From positions 1 through 57,957 of the forward strand of contig DASZCR010000271.1 in the NCBI GenBank assembly GCA_035942915.1: a stretch of 57,957 nucleotides of DNA, given 5' to 3'. The notes under the pieces were generated by a model that searched no databases, had not been told where the DNA came from, and saw nothing but the letters and a program-made list of their open reading frames with translations. A program made the translations under genes and the position numbers. Position 1 is the first letter of the stretch, and each line of letters opens with the position of its first letter. This stretch comes from Pyrinomonadaceae bacterium (GTDB lineage Bacteria; Acidobacteriota; Blastocatellia; Pyrinomonadales; Pyrinomonadaceae). Shown here one piece after another: positions 21,041 to 30,337 of the stretch.

Positions 21041-21111
21041 GTCATGGGTGATGGGTGATGGGTGATAAGAGAAAAGCTGTTTCCCGTCAGCCTTCACCTC
21101 TCAGCCATCAA
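21041..21111. repeat. decayed GTGATRG-type element (4 + core + 4) overlapping the ybeY 5' end
   Basis: GTCATGG GTGATGG GTGATGG GTGATAA - GAGAAAAGCTGTTTCCC (core, overlapping the first C-unit by 2 nt) - CCGTCAG CCTTCAC CTCTCAG CCATCAA. The right arm is degenerate. Confidence 0.7.
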
Positions 21112-21543
21112 CGTTGCGCGGTCGAGGTCGTCAATCGCCAGCGCAAGATGAAGATTGATAGCGAACGCTGGCAGGCGTTTGCGGCCGCGGCCTTGAGCGT
21201 TGTGCCGTCGCAAGGCGCGGGCGCAACCATCGCTTTCGTCTCAGACCGCGCCATGCGCGAGTTGAATCGTCGCTGGCGTGGCAAGCGCGGGACGACCGAT
21301 GTGCTGTCGTTTCCGGCCGAGCAGGACGAGTTTGAGAAGGCGGAGGGGCTGAGTCTGGGCGATGTGGTGATTTCGGTCGAACAGGCGCGGCGACAGGCCG
21401 ACGAGCACGGTCTGGAGTTTGATGAAGAGGTGGCACAACTGATTCTTCATGGCCTGCTGCACCTGTGCGGCTACGACCACGAACGAGACGATGGAGAGAT
21501 GAACGCCCTCGAACTCCGCCTGCGCCGTCGGCTCGGAATATGA
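21055..21543 (+). CDS. ybeY: rRNA maturation endoribonuclease YbeY
   Basis: Metal site HGLLHLCGYDHE and TDVLSFP. The only in-frame starts that retain the conserved N-terminal strand (VEVVNRQ) are GTG 21055 and ATG 21058, both inside the repeat. The alternative is ATG 21148. Confidence 0.85.
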   Translation: MMGDKRKAVSRQPSPLSHQRCAVEVVNRQRKMKIDSERWQAFAAAALSVVPSQGAGATIAFVSDRAMRELNRRWRGKRGTTDVLSFPAEQDEFEKAEGLSLGDVVISVEQARRQADEHGLEFDEEVAQLILHGLLHLCGYDHERDDGEMNALELRLRRRLGI

Positions 21544-21547
21544 GTTG

Positions 21548-21657
21548 GTGATAAGAGATAAGTGATAGGTGATAGGTAATAGGTGATAAGACAAAGACAG
21601 GTTTTATCCTATCACCTATCACCTATCACCCATCACCTATCACTCATCACCTATCAC
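21548..21657. repeat. heptamer-periodic palindromic element, GTGATRG type
   Basis: Six G-units (GTGATAA GAGATAA GTGATAG GTGATAG GTAATAG GTGATAA), core GACAAAGACAGGTTTTATC, seven C-units. It lies between the ybeY stop (21543) and the corC-like ATG (21668). Confidence 0.9.
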
Positions 21658-21667
21658 TCCATTTGCT

Positions 21668-22954
21668 ATGGAAATCGAGATAGCGATTACGTGCCTTCTG
21701 CTGCTGGCGCTGGCCTTCATCGCCACCGTCGATATGGCGTTCGGCCAGTTGAGCGATGTCGGGCTACGTCGCCTGATAGCCGACGCAGCCGAGCCTGCGC
21801 CGGGCGAACCGCAGCCGTTTCTCAACGAGATTCTCGACAACCGGCCGCGCTTCCGCTTCACGCTGCTGGCGGCCATCCAACTCCTGCTCGTCGCCGTCGC
21901 CGTCCTCGTCACCTCCATCACGCTGCAAGCCTTCCCCGACTCTTCGCCCTTCCTGCTCGCTTTCCTCATCGGCGTCGCCTCGACCATCATCTGCCGTCAG
22001 GTTGTGCCGCGCCTGCTCACGCGTCGCAATCCTGAGCGGACGCTGCTCAGGCTGCTCCCCGTCTACCGTCCCTTCTATCGCCTCCTCTCGTTCGTCACGC
22101 TGCCGTTTCATCGCACGCGACGCAGCGAGCAACCGGCCGAGACCGACGCCGATGACGACACGGACGAGACCGACGGCGACGACCTTCAGGCGCTCATCGA
22201 CGTGGGCGAAGAGGAAGGCATCATCGAAGAGGAAGAGGGCGAACTGATTCAGTCAATCATCGAGTTTGGCGACACGCGCGTCAGCGAGGTGATGACGCCG
22301 CGCACGGACATCGTCGCCCTGCCGATTACGGCCAGCGTGCGCGAGGCGCGCGACATCATCATCGAGTCGAAGTATTCGCGCCTGCCCGTCTACCGCGACC
22401 AGATAGACAACATCGAGGGTCTCATCTACGTGCGCGACCTGCTCGTCTGCTGGCACGAGTGCCGCGAGGACGAGACCATCGAGCGGTTGCTGCGCCCGGC
22501 CTACTTCGTGCCGGAGACGAAGGAGGTTGACGAACTGCTAAAGGAGATGCAGAAGACGCACGCGCAACTGGCGATGGTAATAGACGAGTACGGCGGATTG
22601 GCCGGGCTGGTGACGGTCGAAGACATCCTCGAAGAGATAGTCGGCGAGATAGAGGACGAGGACATCGAGGGCGACGAGATTGTCGAGATTATCGAAGCGG
22701 GCGACGGCTACTACGACGTGCTCGGCTCGACTGAGGTCGGCAAAATCGAGAGGCTCTTTGATTTCGAGTTCGAGGACGACGACTTTACGACCATCGCCGG
22801 GCTTGTCATCAGCGAGTCGGGCTGCGTCCCGCGACCGGGCACGCAGTTGAAACTTCGCGGCCTCGACGTGGAGGTGCTCGAAGCGGATGAGCGGCGCATC
22901 GGGCGCGTGCGCCTGCGCCGCGCGGTCGATAACGGCGCGCAGGAGACGCCGTAG
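21668..22954 (+). CDS. CNNM/DUF21-CBS-CorC_HlyC family membrane protein (CorC/TlyC-like)
   Basis: 428 aa: an N-terminal TM domain, an acidic linker, CBS-pair-like repeats and a C-terminal CorC-type domain. The phoH-ybeY-corC context supports the call. Confidence 0.85.
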   Translation: MEIEIAITCLLLLALAFIATVDMAFGQLSDVGLRRLIADAAEPAPGEPQPFLNEILDNRPRFRFTLLAAIQLLLVAVAVLVTSITLQAFPDSSPFLLAFLIGVASTIICRQVVPRLLTRRNPERTLLRLLPVYRPFYRLLSFVTLPFHRTRRSEQPAETDADDDTDETDGDDLQALIDVGEEEGIIEEEEGELIQSIIEFGDTRVSEVMTPRTDIVALPITASVREARDIIIESKYSRLPVYRDQIDNIEGLIYVRDLLVCWHECREDETIERLLRPAYFVPETKEVDELLKEMQKTHAQLAMVIDEYGGLAGLVTVEDILEEIVGEIEDEDIEGDEIVEIIEAGDGYYDVLGSTEVGKIERLFDFEFEDDDFTTIAGLVISESGCVPRPGTQLKLRGLDVEVLEADERRIGRVRLRRAVDNGAQETP

Positions 22955-23109
22955 CAAGCGAGTCAGCGAACGCAGTCGGAGGGGAAACTGGCAAGTCTGT
23001 TGACCTGCGTGCTCCTCGTGCAAGGTCTCTAAAAAAGAGGCGACGTGGCGAGAGGTTCAGGTTTCACACGGCGAGCGTTGAGGCCGAAGATTAGCGAATC
23101 AAAGGGAGA

Positions 23110-24252
23110 ATGATGGCGAAGAAGAAGAGCAGCAGGTTTTTGCAGGGGCGGCGCATCGACCCGCGACCCATCGAGGGCGGCGTCGCATTGGCAGACCTCA
23201 TCGACGAAACTTTTCTCGCTTACAACGCGGCGCGTCTGCGCGAGGCGTGCCAGCTTTTCACGCAGAAGATGCTTGAGCCGGACGTAACCGTCGGGCTTTC
23301 AATCACGGGCGCGCTGACACCGGCCGGGCTTGGCATCTCGGCGCTCATTCCGCTGCTGCGCGCGGGCTTCGTCGATTGGATTATCACGACCGGCGCGAAC
23401 CTCTACCACGACGCGCACTTCGGCATCGGCCTCTCGCTTCATCAGGGCAACACGAGCATTTCGGACGTGACGCTGCGCGAGCAGGAAGTGGTGCGCATCT
23501 ACGACATCTTCTTCGACTACTCTGTGCTGCTCGACACGGACTCTTTCTTCCGCCGTCTGATTGAGGGCGAGGAGTTTCAGAAGCCGATGTCAACGGCCGA
23601 GTTTCATCATCTGTGCGGCAAGTACGTGCGCGAGCGCGAGCGTCAACTCGGTCTCGAATACAAGTCTCTGCTGGCGGCCGCCTACGAGTTCGGCGTGCCG
23701 CTCTACACTTCGAGTCCGGGCGATTCATCAATCGGCATGAACGTGGCGGCGAAGGCGCTGCAAGGAAACCGTCTCGCCTTCGACCCGTCGCTCGACGTGA
23801 ACGAGACGGCCGCTATCGTCCTCGCGGCCAAGCGCGGCGCGATTCACGGACGAGGCGACCGGGGCAAAAAGCACGGTGGGAAGTCGGCCGTCTTCATCCT
23901 CGGCGGAGGCAGCCCCAAAAACTTCATGCTTCAGACAGAGCCGCAGATACAGGAGGTCTTAGGGATTGACGAGCGCGGCCACGACTACTTCCTGCAAATC
24001 ACAGACGCGCGCCCGGACACGGGCGGCTTAAGTGGTGCGACGCCGGGCGAGGCCGTCTCTTGGGGTAAGGTTGACCCGGACAGGCTGCCGGACGCCGTCG
24101 TGTGTTATGTTGATTCGACCGTCGCGCTGCCGCTTATCACGGCCTACGCGCTCGCGCGCCACGAGCCGCGCGAGTTGAAGCGTCTCTACGAGCGGCGCGG
24201 CGAGTTGATGGAGTTGCTGCTGTCGGAATACGAGAAATCGAGTAGACGTTAA
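23110..24252 (+). CDS. deoxyhypusine synthase-like protein
   Basis: 380 aa. Family resemblance judged by eye ([27 protein letters not shown]-terminal half ...[10 protein letters not shown]). RBS GGGAG precedes the ATG. Confidence 0.75.
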   Translation: MMAKKKSSRFLQGRRIDPRPIEGGVALADLIDETFLAYNAARLREACQLFTQKMLEPDVTVGLSITGALTPAGLGISALIPLLRAGFVDWIITTGANLYHDAHFGIGLSLHQGNTSISDVTLREQEVVRIYDIFFDYSVLLDTDSFFRRLIEGEEFQKPMSTAEFHHLCGKYVRERERQLGLEYKSLLAAAYEFGVPLYTSSPGDSSIGMNVAAKALQGNRLAFDPSLDVNETAAIVLAAKRGAIHGRGDRGKKHGGKSAVFILGGGSPKNFMLQTEPQIQEVLGIDERGHDYFLQITDARPDTGGLSGATPGEAVSWGKVDPDRLPDAVVCYVDSTVALPLITAYALARHEPRELKRLYERRGELMELLLSEYEKSSRR

Positions 24253-24311
24253 AGAGGAAGGGACGGCCACGAAGCGAACGCGCAAGCGTCGCACGGTCGC
24301 AGGGAGAACAC

Positions 24312-24785
24312 ATGGCGAAGAAAATCACGGACGAACAGCCGCGCGTCTATTTCGATTGCTCGAAGTGTCCGGCCTTCTGCTGTTCGGTCTACGAGCGCGT
24401 CCAGACGAGCGACCGCGACATCACGCGTCTGGCAAAACACTTCGGCGTCTCTTTTGACACGGCGCGGCGGCGCTACACGAAGATGTACGAAGGCGAGCGC
24501 GTGCTGCGGCGCGTCAAGGACGAAATCTTCGAAGAGACCTGCATGTTCCTCAATCAGGAGACGCGCGGCTGCGGCATCTATCATGCGCGCCCGGCCGTCT
24601 GTCGCGAGTACCCCGACCGCGTGCGTTGCGCCTACTACGACCTGCTACAGTTCGAGCGCCGACAACAGGACGACGAATCGGTCATCCCCCTCGTCCAAAT
24701 CACCTTCCGACAGGTGAAGAAGGCGGAAGTCTCGGACGAACACGGCAGCGAAAAGATTTGGGAATGGAAACCGGAAAAGCGTTGA
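24312..24785 (+). CDS. YkgJ-family cysteine-cluster protein (CxxCxxCC)
   Basis: FDCSKCPAFCC plus a downstream GCGIYHARPAVCREYP. The stop TGA (24783-24785) lies in the first unit of the repeat. Confidence 0.75.
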   Translation: MAKKITDEQPRVYFDCSKCPAFCCSVYERVQTSDRDITRLAKHFGVSFDTARRRYTKMYEGERVLRRVKDEIFEETCMFLNQETRGCGIYHARPAVCREYPDRVRCAYYDLLQFERRQQDDESVIPLVQITFRQVKKAEVSDEHGSEKIWEWKPEKR

Positions 24786-24905
24786 TAGTTGATAAGAAGA
24801 AAGTGATGGGTGATAGGTGATAGGTGATAGGAGAAGAACAAGTTTTCTCTTATCACCTATCACCTATCACCTATCACTCTTGTTCTATCACCTATCACCT
24901 ATCAC
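24782..24905. repeat. heptamer-periodic palindromic element, GTGATRG type, nested/composite
   Basis: TTGATAG TTGATAA, GAAGAAA, four G-units, core GAGAAGAACAAGTTTTCTC, four C-units, TCTTGTT, three C-units. Confidence 0.9.
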
Positions 24906-24925
24906 TATTACGAGAGGTGTGAGTT

Positions 24926-25150
24926 ATGGGCGAGTTTCTGGCAACAATGATTGGGCGGCGTTTGGACGTGTTCTGCGGAGGGAATGCTTCCTTGCGCGGC
25001 GAGGTGTTGAAGGTCGAGGGCGGCGTCTTGCACCTGAGGGACGACGAGGGGCAGACCTGTTACGTGGCGATTGAACGCATCGCCGTCGTCTGGGAGGCGC
25101 GCGACAGCGAGCGGCCGAACGCCGGTTTCGTCTCGCACCCCGTCAAGTAA
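24926..25150 (+). CDS. small hypothetical protein (Sm-like/DUF2642-like beta pattern)
   Basis: 74 aa. MIGRRLDVFCGGNASLRGEVLKVEGGVLHLRDDEGQTCYVAIERIAVVWE resembles small beta-barrel proteins. A strong terminator hairpin follows. No family is confirmed. Confidence 0.5.
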   Translation: MGEFLATMIGRRLDVFCGGNASLRGEVLKVEGGVLHLRDDEGQTCYVAIERIAVVWEARDSERPNAGFVSHPVK

Positions 25151-25183
25151 GGGCGCGGAAAAAGAGTTGTAGGAAAAAAGTTG

Positions 25184-25218
25184 AAGGCCGGTGTCGCCTG
25201 CGAGCGGACACCGGCCTT
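25184..25218. terminator. bidirectional terminator hairpin
   Basis: AAGGCCGGTGTC - 11-nt loop - GACACCGGCCTT, between convergent ORFs 24926-25150 (+) and 25249-25893 (-). Confidence 0.6.
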
Positions 25219-25248
25219 CGCGCGTTCGGCGCGGGGGGCTTTTGCGTG

Positions 25249-25893
25249 TTACTTCCTCGAAGTTGTCATCGAGGCGAGCGTCGGCGTGTCGGGCGCGGCG
25301 CTCGGCGCGCGTCGGAAGCCGTCGAGGCGCGCGAGCCAGTAGTCGTTGAAGGGCGAATAGACAACGCCCTTGCTTGTCGAGGCGTGATAAAAGCCGTGTT
25401 CACCGGCGACGATGCCGACGTGGTTGAGATTGTTGAAGAAGACGAGCGTGCCGAACTTGAACCGTTCATCTCCGGTCGCGGGCGCGAAACGCTGCCAGAG
25501 TGAACGCGCGCTGCTGCGCTCGAAGTCAACGCCGATGGACTGATAGACGCTCCACACGAAGCCCGAACAATCGTAGCGATAAGGCCCCGTCGAGCCGAGC
25601 CTGTAAGGCGTTCCGAGGCGAGCGTCTATAGCGGCCAGCATCATGCGTTCGAGTTGCGTGGCGGCGGCGGGCGTCGGTAGCGTGTGCAGAGAATCGAGCG
25701 GGGCGGGCGTCGTCGCTTCGGAGACGACGAACGGCTCGTTTTCGAGGCGCGTGATAACGCGCGGGTTTCCGGTCGGGTCTGCCGGGGCGACTTGACGCGG
25801 GCGCATCTCGGTCTGTGCGAAGGTCTGCGCGGCGAACAGGCACACGAGGCAGAAGGCCGCGAGGGCGCGGGGGACAGGGGTAGAAAATGGCAT
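25249..25893 (-). CDS. NlpC/P60 family cell-wall peptidase
   Basis: Signal peptide, catalytic Cys in YRYDCSGFVWSVY, and a downstream His in LNHVGIVAG. Confidence 0.85.
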   Translation of the reverse strand: MPFSTPVPRALAAFCLVCLFAAQTFAQTEMRPRQVAPADPTGNPRVITRLENEPFVVSEATTPAPLDSLHTLPTPAAATQLERMMLAAIDARLGTPYRLGSTGPYRYDCSGFVWSVYQSIGVDFERSSARSLWQRFAPATGDERFKFGTLVFFNNLNHVGIVAGEHGFYHASTSKGVVYSPFNDYWLARLDGFRRAPSAAPDTPTLASMTTSRK

Positions 25894-26263
25894 AACGGGG
25901 GAACGAATCTCCTCTGCGTCCGAGTCTCAAATTGCTTACTGGGGACTTCTTGGGTGAGACTGTCAGGCCGCTTGTCTCGCGACCGTAAAACCATCCTACA
26001 GACCAATTTACAGTCGTGACAAGAGGCAATGTGACTGTTTTGTGACGAGCCACTTGCGGAAGGCGACAGAATGCACGGAAAGGGTTCGGGTAGATAGCGT
26101 TAAATGGTTCAGATTGAACGAATTGTGGGAAGATAATACGCTTTTCGGAGTGCTCTCAGCAGATATCTAGGCACATCCGGCAATCGGCGCGTGCCTCCGG
26201 GACGTGGATATTTCTGCGCGCGGCGTGATAGCATGCGCGGCCAAAGAGGGAGTCGAACGAGTG

Positions 26264-27721
26264 ATGCTATTCATCGAAAGTAGAGTTTGCGAACAGGGCG
26301 TTGACGCCGCGTCGCGCACCTTTGTCCTCGACAAATTGCAGGAGCAGGGGCTTACGCCTCTGATTCGCACGACGCGTCTGGCCTGCTACGAGCAGGCTTT
26401 GCTCGCCCCTGAGCGCACGGCCGAGATGGAGCGACAGATGGCCGCGTTGACCGACGCAGGGGCAGACGCGCCATACGTGCGCGGCGACCTTTTCTGCTTT
26501 GAAGACCACGCGCTCTATCTCATCTTCGGCGGCGCAGAGGACGGCGTGCGCGCCTCGACCGTCCGCGCGGGCATCATCCACCACGCCGAGACGCGCGAGC
26601 CGACGGAAAAACTCGACGCCTTCTGTCGCGCTCTCTCGGATGTCTTCCTGCTCGCCGTCCACGCAGACGCCGCCAACTCCTCGACTGCCGGGAGCGCGGC
26701 TCCCATCAACTTCGTCTGGCGCAGGCGGGAGGAGGATGTGCCTGCCAGTTTCGCGCGCTTCTCGGCTGAGGCAGGGGCGGGCGAAACGCGTGAGGGCGTC
26801 GAAGCGTCGGAGCGGCTGCGCGCCGTAGAGATTCTGGAAGACGCGGAGGCGCGCAGATTCCTGCGTCGTCTGAGCGACGCGCAGACCGAAGGGCGAACGG
26901 CCGACATGTTGGTCGGAGCGACCGGGACGGGCGAACACGCCTCGGAAGACTTCATCGGTCGTCTGTCGGGCGCGGGACTCGTCAAGCGCGAACTGCTCGT
27001 TAGCTGCCGCAAGGCGGGGCGCTCGCTCTTCCGTCTGCCGTCGGCCGATGCGCTGGCCGTGCTGACGGCGAGCGGCGCGGTCTGTAGCGAATGCGGCACG
27101 GCTCTGGCCGACGAGCGGGCAGAAGAGTTGGTGACGCCGACGGCGACCGCGACGGGGATGCTCAAGGATGGCGCGTGGCTCGTCAGCCGGATGCGTTCGT
27201 CGCTCGTCGAGTTGGGTGTGCCGGAGCGCGCCGTCGCCGTGCGTCCTGCGGGTGGCGAGACGGAGGCGCAACTGATGGCGCACGTCTGCGGCGAGCCTTT
27301 CCTCTTTATCCTGCGCGACGGCGACGTGTCGCTCGCGCAGGCGCGACGCGCGCTCGACTTGGAGGCCGAAACGGAAGCCTCTCATCTGGTCGTCGTCGCG
27401 ACGGGTAAGATTCAGGACGAGGCGCGTGCGCGTCTGCGCGAGCATGCGCGGCGGCGTGCGCGTGCGGGCGGCGGCGGTGGCGTCGAGATGATTCTGGTCG
27501 AGGGCGTCGAGGTGGCGGCTACGGAACTGCGGCAGGCGCTCGAACGCGTCTCGCAGAACGCGCTTTCGGCCGAACTCTACGAACTCGATGCGAGCCTCGG
27601 CCTCAGCGCAGGTCATCTCATCGCCACGCGTTTCCGACTCGTCCAACCGCGCACGACCGGACTCAAAGACCTCGCCGCCTCTGCCGCCGGAGCACTCGCC
27701 GGGAGCCTCCGCGAAATATAG
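26264..27721 (+). CDS. hypothetical protein, no recognisable family
   Basis: High GC3 in this frame, whereas the antisense ORF is R-rich. GGGAG lies 8 nt before GTG 26261/ATG 26264; the track start is 26204. There is a C-x28-CxxC pattern (VSCRKAG...VCSECG) mid-protein. A 22-bp hairpin follows. Confidence 0.65.
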   Translation: MLFIESRVCEQGVDAASRTFVLDKLQEQGLTPLIRTTRLACYEQALLAPERTAEMERQMAALTDAGADAPYVRGDLFCFEDHALYLIFGGAEDGVRASTVRAGIIHHAETREPTEKLDAFCRALSDVFLLAVHADAANSSTAGSAAPINFVWRRREEDVPASFARFSAEAGAGETREGVEASERLRAVEILEDAEARRFLRRLSDAQTEGRTADMLVGATGTGEHASEDFIGRLSGAGLVKRELLVSCRKAGRSLFRLPSADALAVLTASGAVCSECGTALADERAEELVTPTATATGMLKDGAWLVSRMRSSLVELGVPERAVAVRPAGGETEAQLMAHVCGEPFLFILRDGDVSLAQARRALDLEAETEASHLVVVATGKIQDEARARLREHARRRARAGGGGGVEMILVEGVEVAATELRQALERVSQNALSAELYELDASLGLSAGHLIATRFRLVQPRTTGLKDLAASAAGALAGSLREI

Positions 27722-27742
27722 AAAAGCAGAAAGCAGAGCACA

Positions 27743-27796
27743 GACAGCGTTAGACGGTTCGAAACAGTTCGAGTGTTTCGACCGTCTAACGCTGTC
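27743..27796 (+). terminator. long (about 22-bp) stem-loop after the orphan ORF
   Basis: GACAGCGTTAGACGGTTCGAAAC ... GTTTCGACCGTCTAACGCTGTC, with one bulged T. Confidence 0.55.
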
Positions 27797-27932
27797 GGCC
27801 TTCTGTTATCCTCCGCGTCGGTCGGTGTGGTTAGCCACGTTATGCTGCCAGCGCGCCGGGCGCATGCTCCGCCTCGACGCAAGCGCGCTTTCGCGCAGGC
27901 GTTCATGAGTTGGCAGAGGAGGTGCCACAGAG

Positions 27933-28670
27933 ATGAGTAGCGAAAGAAACGGACAGATTTTCAATGCGGGATTCGCGCTGGCCGTCGGGCTGGTGCTCGC
28001 CTCAATCGTCTTCGCGTGGGCTTACACGCGCACCAAGAGCGTCGACCAGACCATCACCGTCACGGGTTCTGCGCGCAAGCGCATCAAGTCGGACTTGATA
28101 GTCTGGCGCGCCAATGTCTCATATCAATCGGGGCAACTCTCAGAGGCTTACAACTCGCTCAAGGACAAAGTGCCGCGCGTCAAAGCCTACCTCGTCTCAA
28201 AAGGCATCCCCGAAGAGCAGATAGTCGTCTCCTCTGTCTCGACGCGCACCACGCAGGCCAAAGACGACGAGGGACAAGAGACCGGGCAGATTAGCAGCTA
28301 CGTGATGAGCCAGAGTCTCGAAGTGCGCTCGAACGACGTGGAGAAAATCGCGCGCATTTCGCGCGAGGTGACGGAACTGATTGACCAGGGCATCCTGCTC
28401 GAATCGCAAGCGCCCGAATATCACTACACGAAACTCGGCGACCTCAAGATACAGATGCTCTCCGAGGCGTCGAAGGACGCGAAGGCGCGTGCGCAGCAGA
28501 TAGCGCAGAGCACGGGCAGCGATGTCGGCAGCGTGCGCTCGGCCAAGATGGGCGTCATGCAAATCACTCCGGCCGACTCCAACGAAGTCTCCGATTACGG
28601 GATGAACGATACGACCTCGCTCGAAAAGGACATCACGGCCGTCGTCAACGTCAGCTTCGCGATAGACTGA
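27933..28670 (+). CDS. SIMPL (DUF541) domain protein
   Basis: 245 aa with an N-terminal TM anchor. ITVTGSA...; family pattern judged by eye. GGAGG RBS upstream. Confidence 0.75.
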   Translation: MSSERNGQIFNAGFALAVGLVLASIVFAWAYTRTKSVDQTITVTGSARKRIKSDLIVWRANVSYQSGQLSEAYNSLKDKVPRVKAYLVSKGIPEEQIVVSSVSTRTTQAKDDEGQETGQISSYVMSQSLEVRSNDVEKIARISREVTELIDQGILLESQAPEYHYTKLGDLKIQMLSEASKDAKARAQQIAQSTGSDVGSVRSAKMGVMQITPADSNEVSDYGMNDTTSLEKDITAVVNVSFAID

Positions 28671-28691
28671 CCCGGCCGACGAAAATTTGTG

Positions 28692-28740
28692 AGAGAAGAG
28701 AGCGCGCCCGCGTCACTTACGTAGGGCGCGCTCTTTCTCT
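28692..28740 (+). terminator. stem-loop after the SIMPL gene
   Basis: AGAGAAGAGAGCGCGCCC ... GGGCGCGCTCTTTCTCT. Confidence 0.5.
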
Positions 28741-28892
28741 GCCTGCCGCCTCGTGCGAACGGATTCAGTCCGGCGAGGGCAATTTGACGAGCCGCCCGAT
28801 TTAGGTGTTGACAACCCCGTGCGCGCCGCGCGAATCTTAAAGGCGCTCCTCGCGCGAATTGTGCGAGCCATCCCGGAAGGTATAACCAGAAG

Positions 28893-30260
28893 ATGAAAAA
28901 CCGCTCGTTGTTCCTACTCGTTTCGACGCTCGTCGTCTTTGCGCCGTCCGTCTATGCGCAGACGCAGGAATCGGCCGCTCCGCAGACCACTTACACGCGC
29001 CCGCGCGTCATCAACCCGACGCAGACCACAGGAGGCCAGCAGCCGCAGACGCCGCCGACGCAAACGGCCGCGCCGCAAGCCACGCCCGCACCCGCGACAC
29101 ACTCGACGGGCGGCGCGTCTGTGCAGACGAACGGCACAACGCCTGCTCCGTCTGCGACGAGCGCGCCGGTCTCCGTGCCGACGCTCGGTGCGGCCACGCC
29201 CACGCTCTTTCCGCCCGTGCCTTTGCAGCCCGCGCAGCCGCTCCCGCTCTCGAAGTTTCGCGCGCGCTCTCAGGAAGCGCAGCGCCTCTTGAAGTCGCGC
29301 GTTTCGATGACGGCCTCGACGCCCTCGACCGCCTTCGTCACCGTCGCCGCGCTCGACCATGACACGTCGCAGATTCACACCATCACGCTGCTCAAGGAGA
29401 ACTTCCTCCGGCGCGGCGCGGAGATGTGGCTGACGACATCGGCCGGGCTTCCCGTGCGGATGCAGGTCGTGCGCTCGAACTTCGTCAACACGGCGCTCGT
29501 CATCTCGGACGCGAAGGGACGGCAGTTGACGCCGCTCGTCGTCCAGTATCCGATTGAGAAGTTCGGACACTACCGCGAGATGGCCTACTACACGTCGGCG
29601 CACCCGTCTCTGATGACGCCCGAACTCGTCAAGAGCGGTCAGGCTTACGTCCGCACGATGCTCGACCTCGCGGCCAAGCGCCTGCACGACAAGGGCAAGG
29701 TTATCTCTCCGAAGATAGTCGATATCGCCGAGCGACTCTGCATCGTCGAGCACGTCGACCACGACCGCTTCCGACGCGAAGACCGCGCCGCGCTCTACAA
29801 CGAGGTGTACGCGCTCTTCGCCTTGAACGAGTTGGACACCTATCGCTACTCGGTCAGTTCGGCCGGGGCGGGCGGCATGGTGCAGATGATTCCTTCGACC
29901 TACCAGATGCTCAGGCGTCTGCACCCGACCGTCGGCCTCAACCCGGACTTCGTCGCAGGGATGCGCAATCATGGCAACGCGCTCGAAGCGATGCTCCTGC
30001 ACATGCAGGACAACTGGAACACGTTGCTGTTGAGTCCTGAAGCCAACGAGGCGCTCGCCAGCGGCATTGCGACGCAGCCCGAACTGGTCGCCGCCGGTTA
30101 CAACTCGAACTCGGCGCGGCTGCCCGGCTACATCCGTCGCGGCGGCGCGTCTTGGCGCGTGCTCATCCCGCGCGAGACGCAGATGTACCTGCAAATCTAT
30201 AAGTCGGTCGAAAGCCTCGTCCAGTTCAAGTCGCGCACCGAGGGCGCAACCAAAAACTAA
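28893..30260 (+). CDS. secreted protein with a Pro/Thr/Gln-rich linker and an SLT-like lytic transglycosylase motif
   Basis: Signal peptide (ends ...PSVYAQ) and a low-complexity PTQ region. NELDTYRYSVSSAGAGGMVQMIPSTY aligns position by position with the SLT pattern ES-x7-S-xx-GA-x-GLMQ. Confidence 0.65.
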   Translation: MKNRSLFLLVSTLVVFAPSVYAQTQESAAPQTTYTRPRVINPTQTTGGQQPQTPPTQTAAPQATPAPATHSTGGASVQTNGTTPAPSATSAPVSVPTLGAATPTLFPPVPLQPAQPLPLSKFRARSQEAQRLLKSRVSMTASTPSTAFVTVAALDHDTSQIHTITLLKENFLRRGAEMWLTTSAGLPVRMQVVRSNFVNTALVISDAKGRQLTPLVVQYPIEKFGHYREMAYYTSAHPSLMTPELVKSGQAYVRTMLDLAAKRLHDKGKVISPKIVDIAERLCIVEHVDHDRFRREDRAALYNEVYALFALNELDTYRYSVSSAGAGGMVQMIPSTYQMLRRLHPTVGLNPDFVAGMRNHGNALEAMLLHMQDNWNTLLLSPEANEALASGIATQPELVAAGYNSNSARLPGYIRRGGASWRVLIPRETQMYLQIYKSVESLVQFKSRTEGATKN

Positions 30261-30274
30261 AACGACGCGCTTTT

Positions 30275-30325
30275 AAACTTTGCGCCTTTGCGTGAGATGA
30301 AGTTTCACGCAAAGGCGCAAAGTTT
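30275..30325 (+). terminator. perfect 21-bp hairpin terminator
   Basis: AAACTTTGCGCCTTTGCGTGA - 9-nt loop - TCACGCAAAGGCGCAAAGTTT followed by TT. It lies between convergent genes. Confidence 0.75.
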
Positions 30326-30337
30326 TTGACGTTGCTG

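Noticed and set aside
27757-27766. GGTTCGAAAC resembling a tRNA T-arm; I also scanned other intergenic regions for tRNA or tmRNA.
   Set aside because: It forms the inner part of a 22-bp simple hairpin with no acceptor, D or anticodon arms. I found no cloverleaf-compatible sequence by eye, but a tRNAscan run would be needed to be certain.
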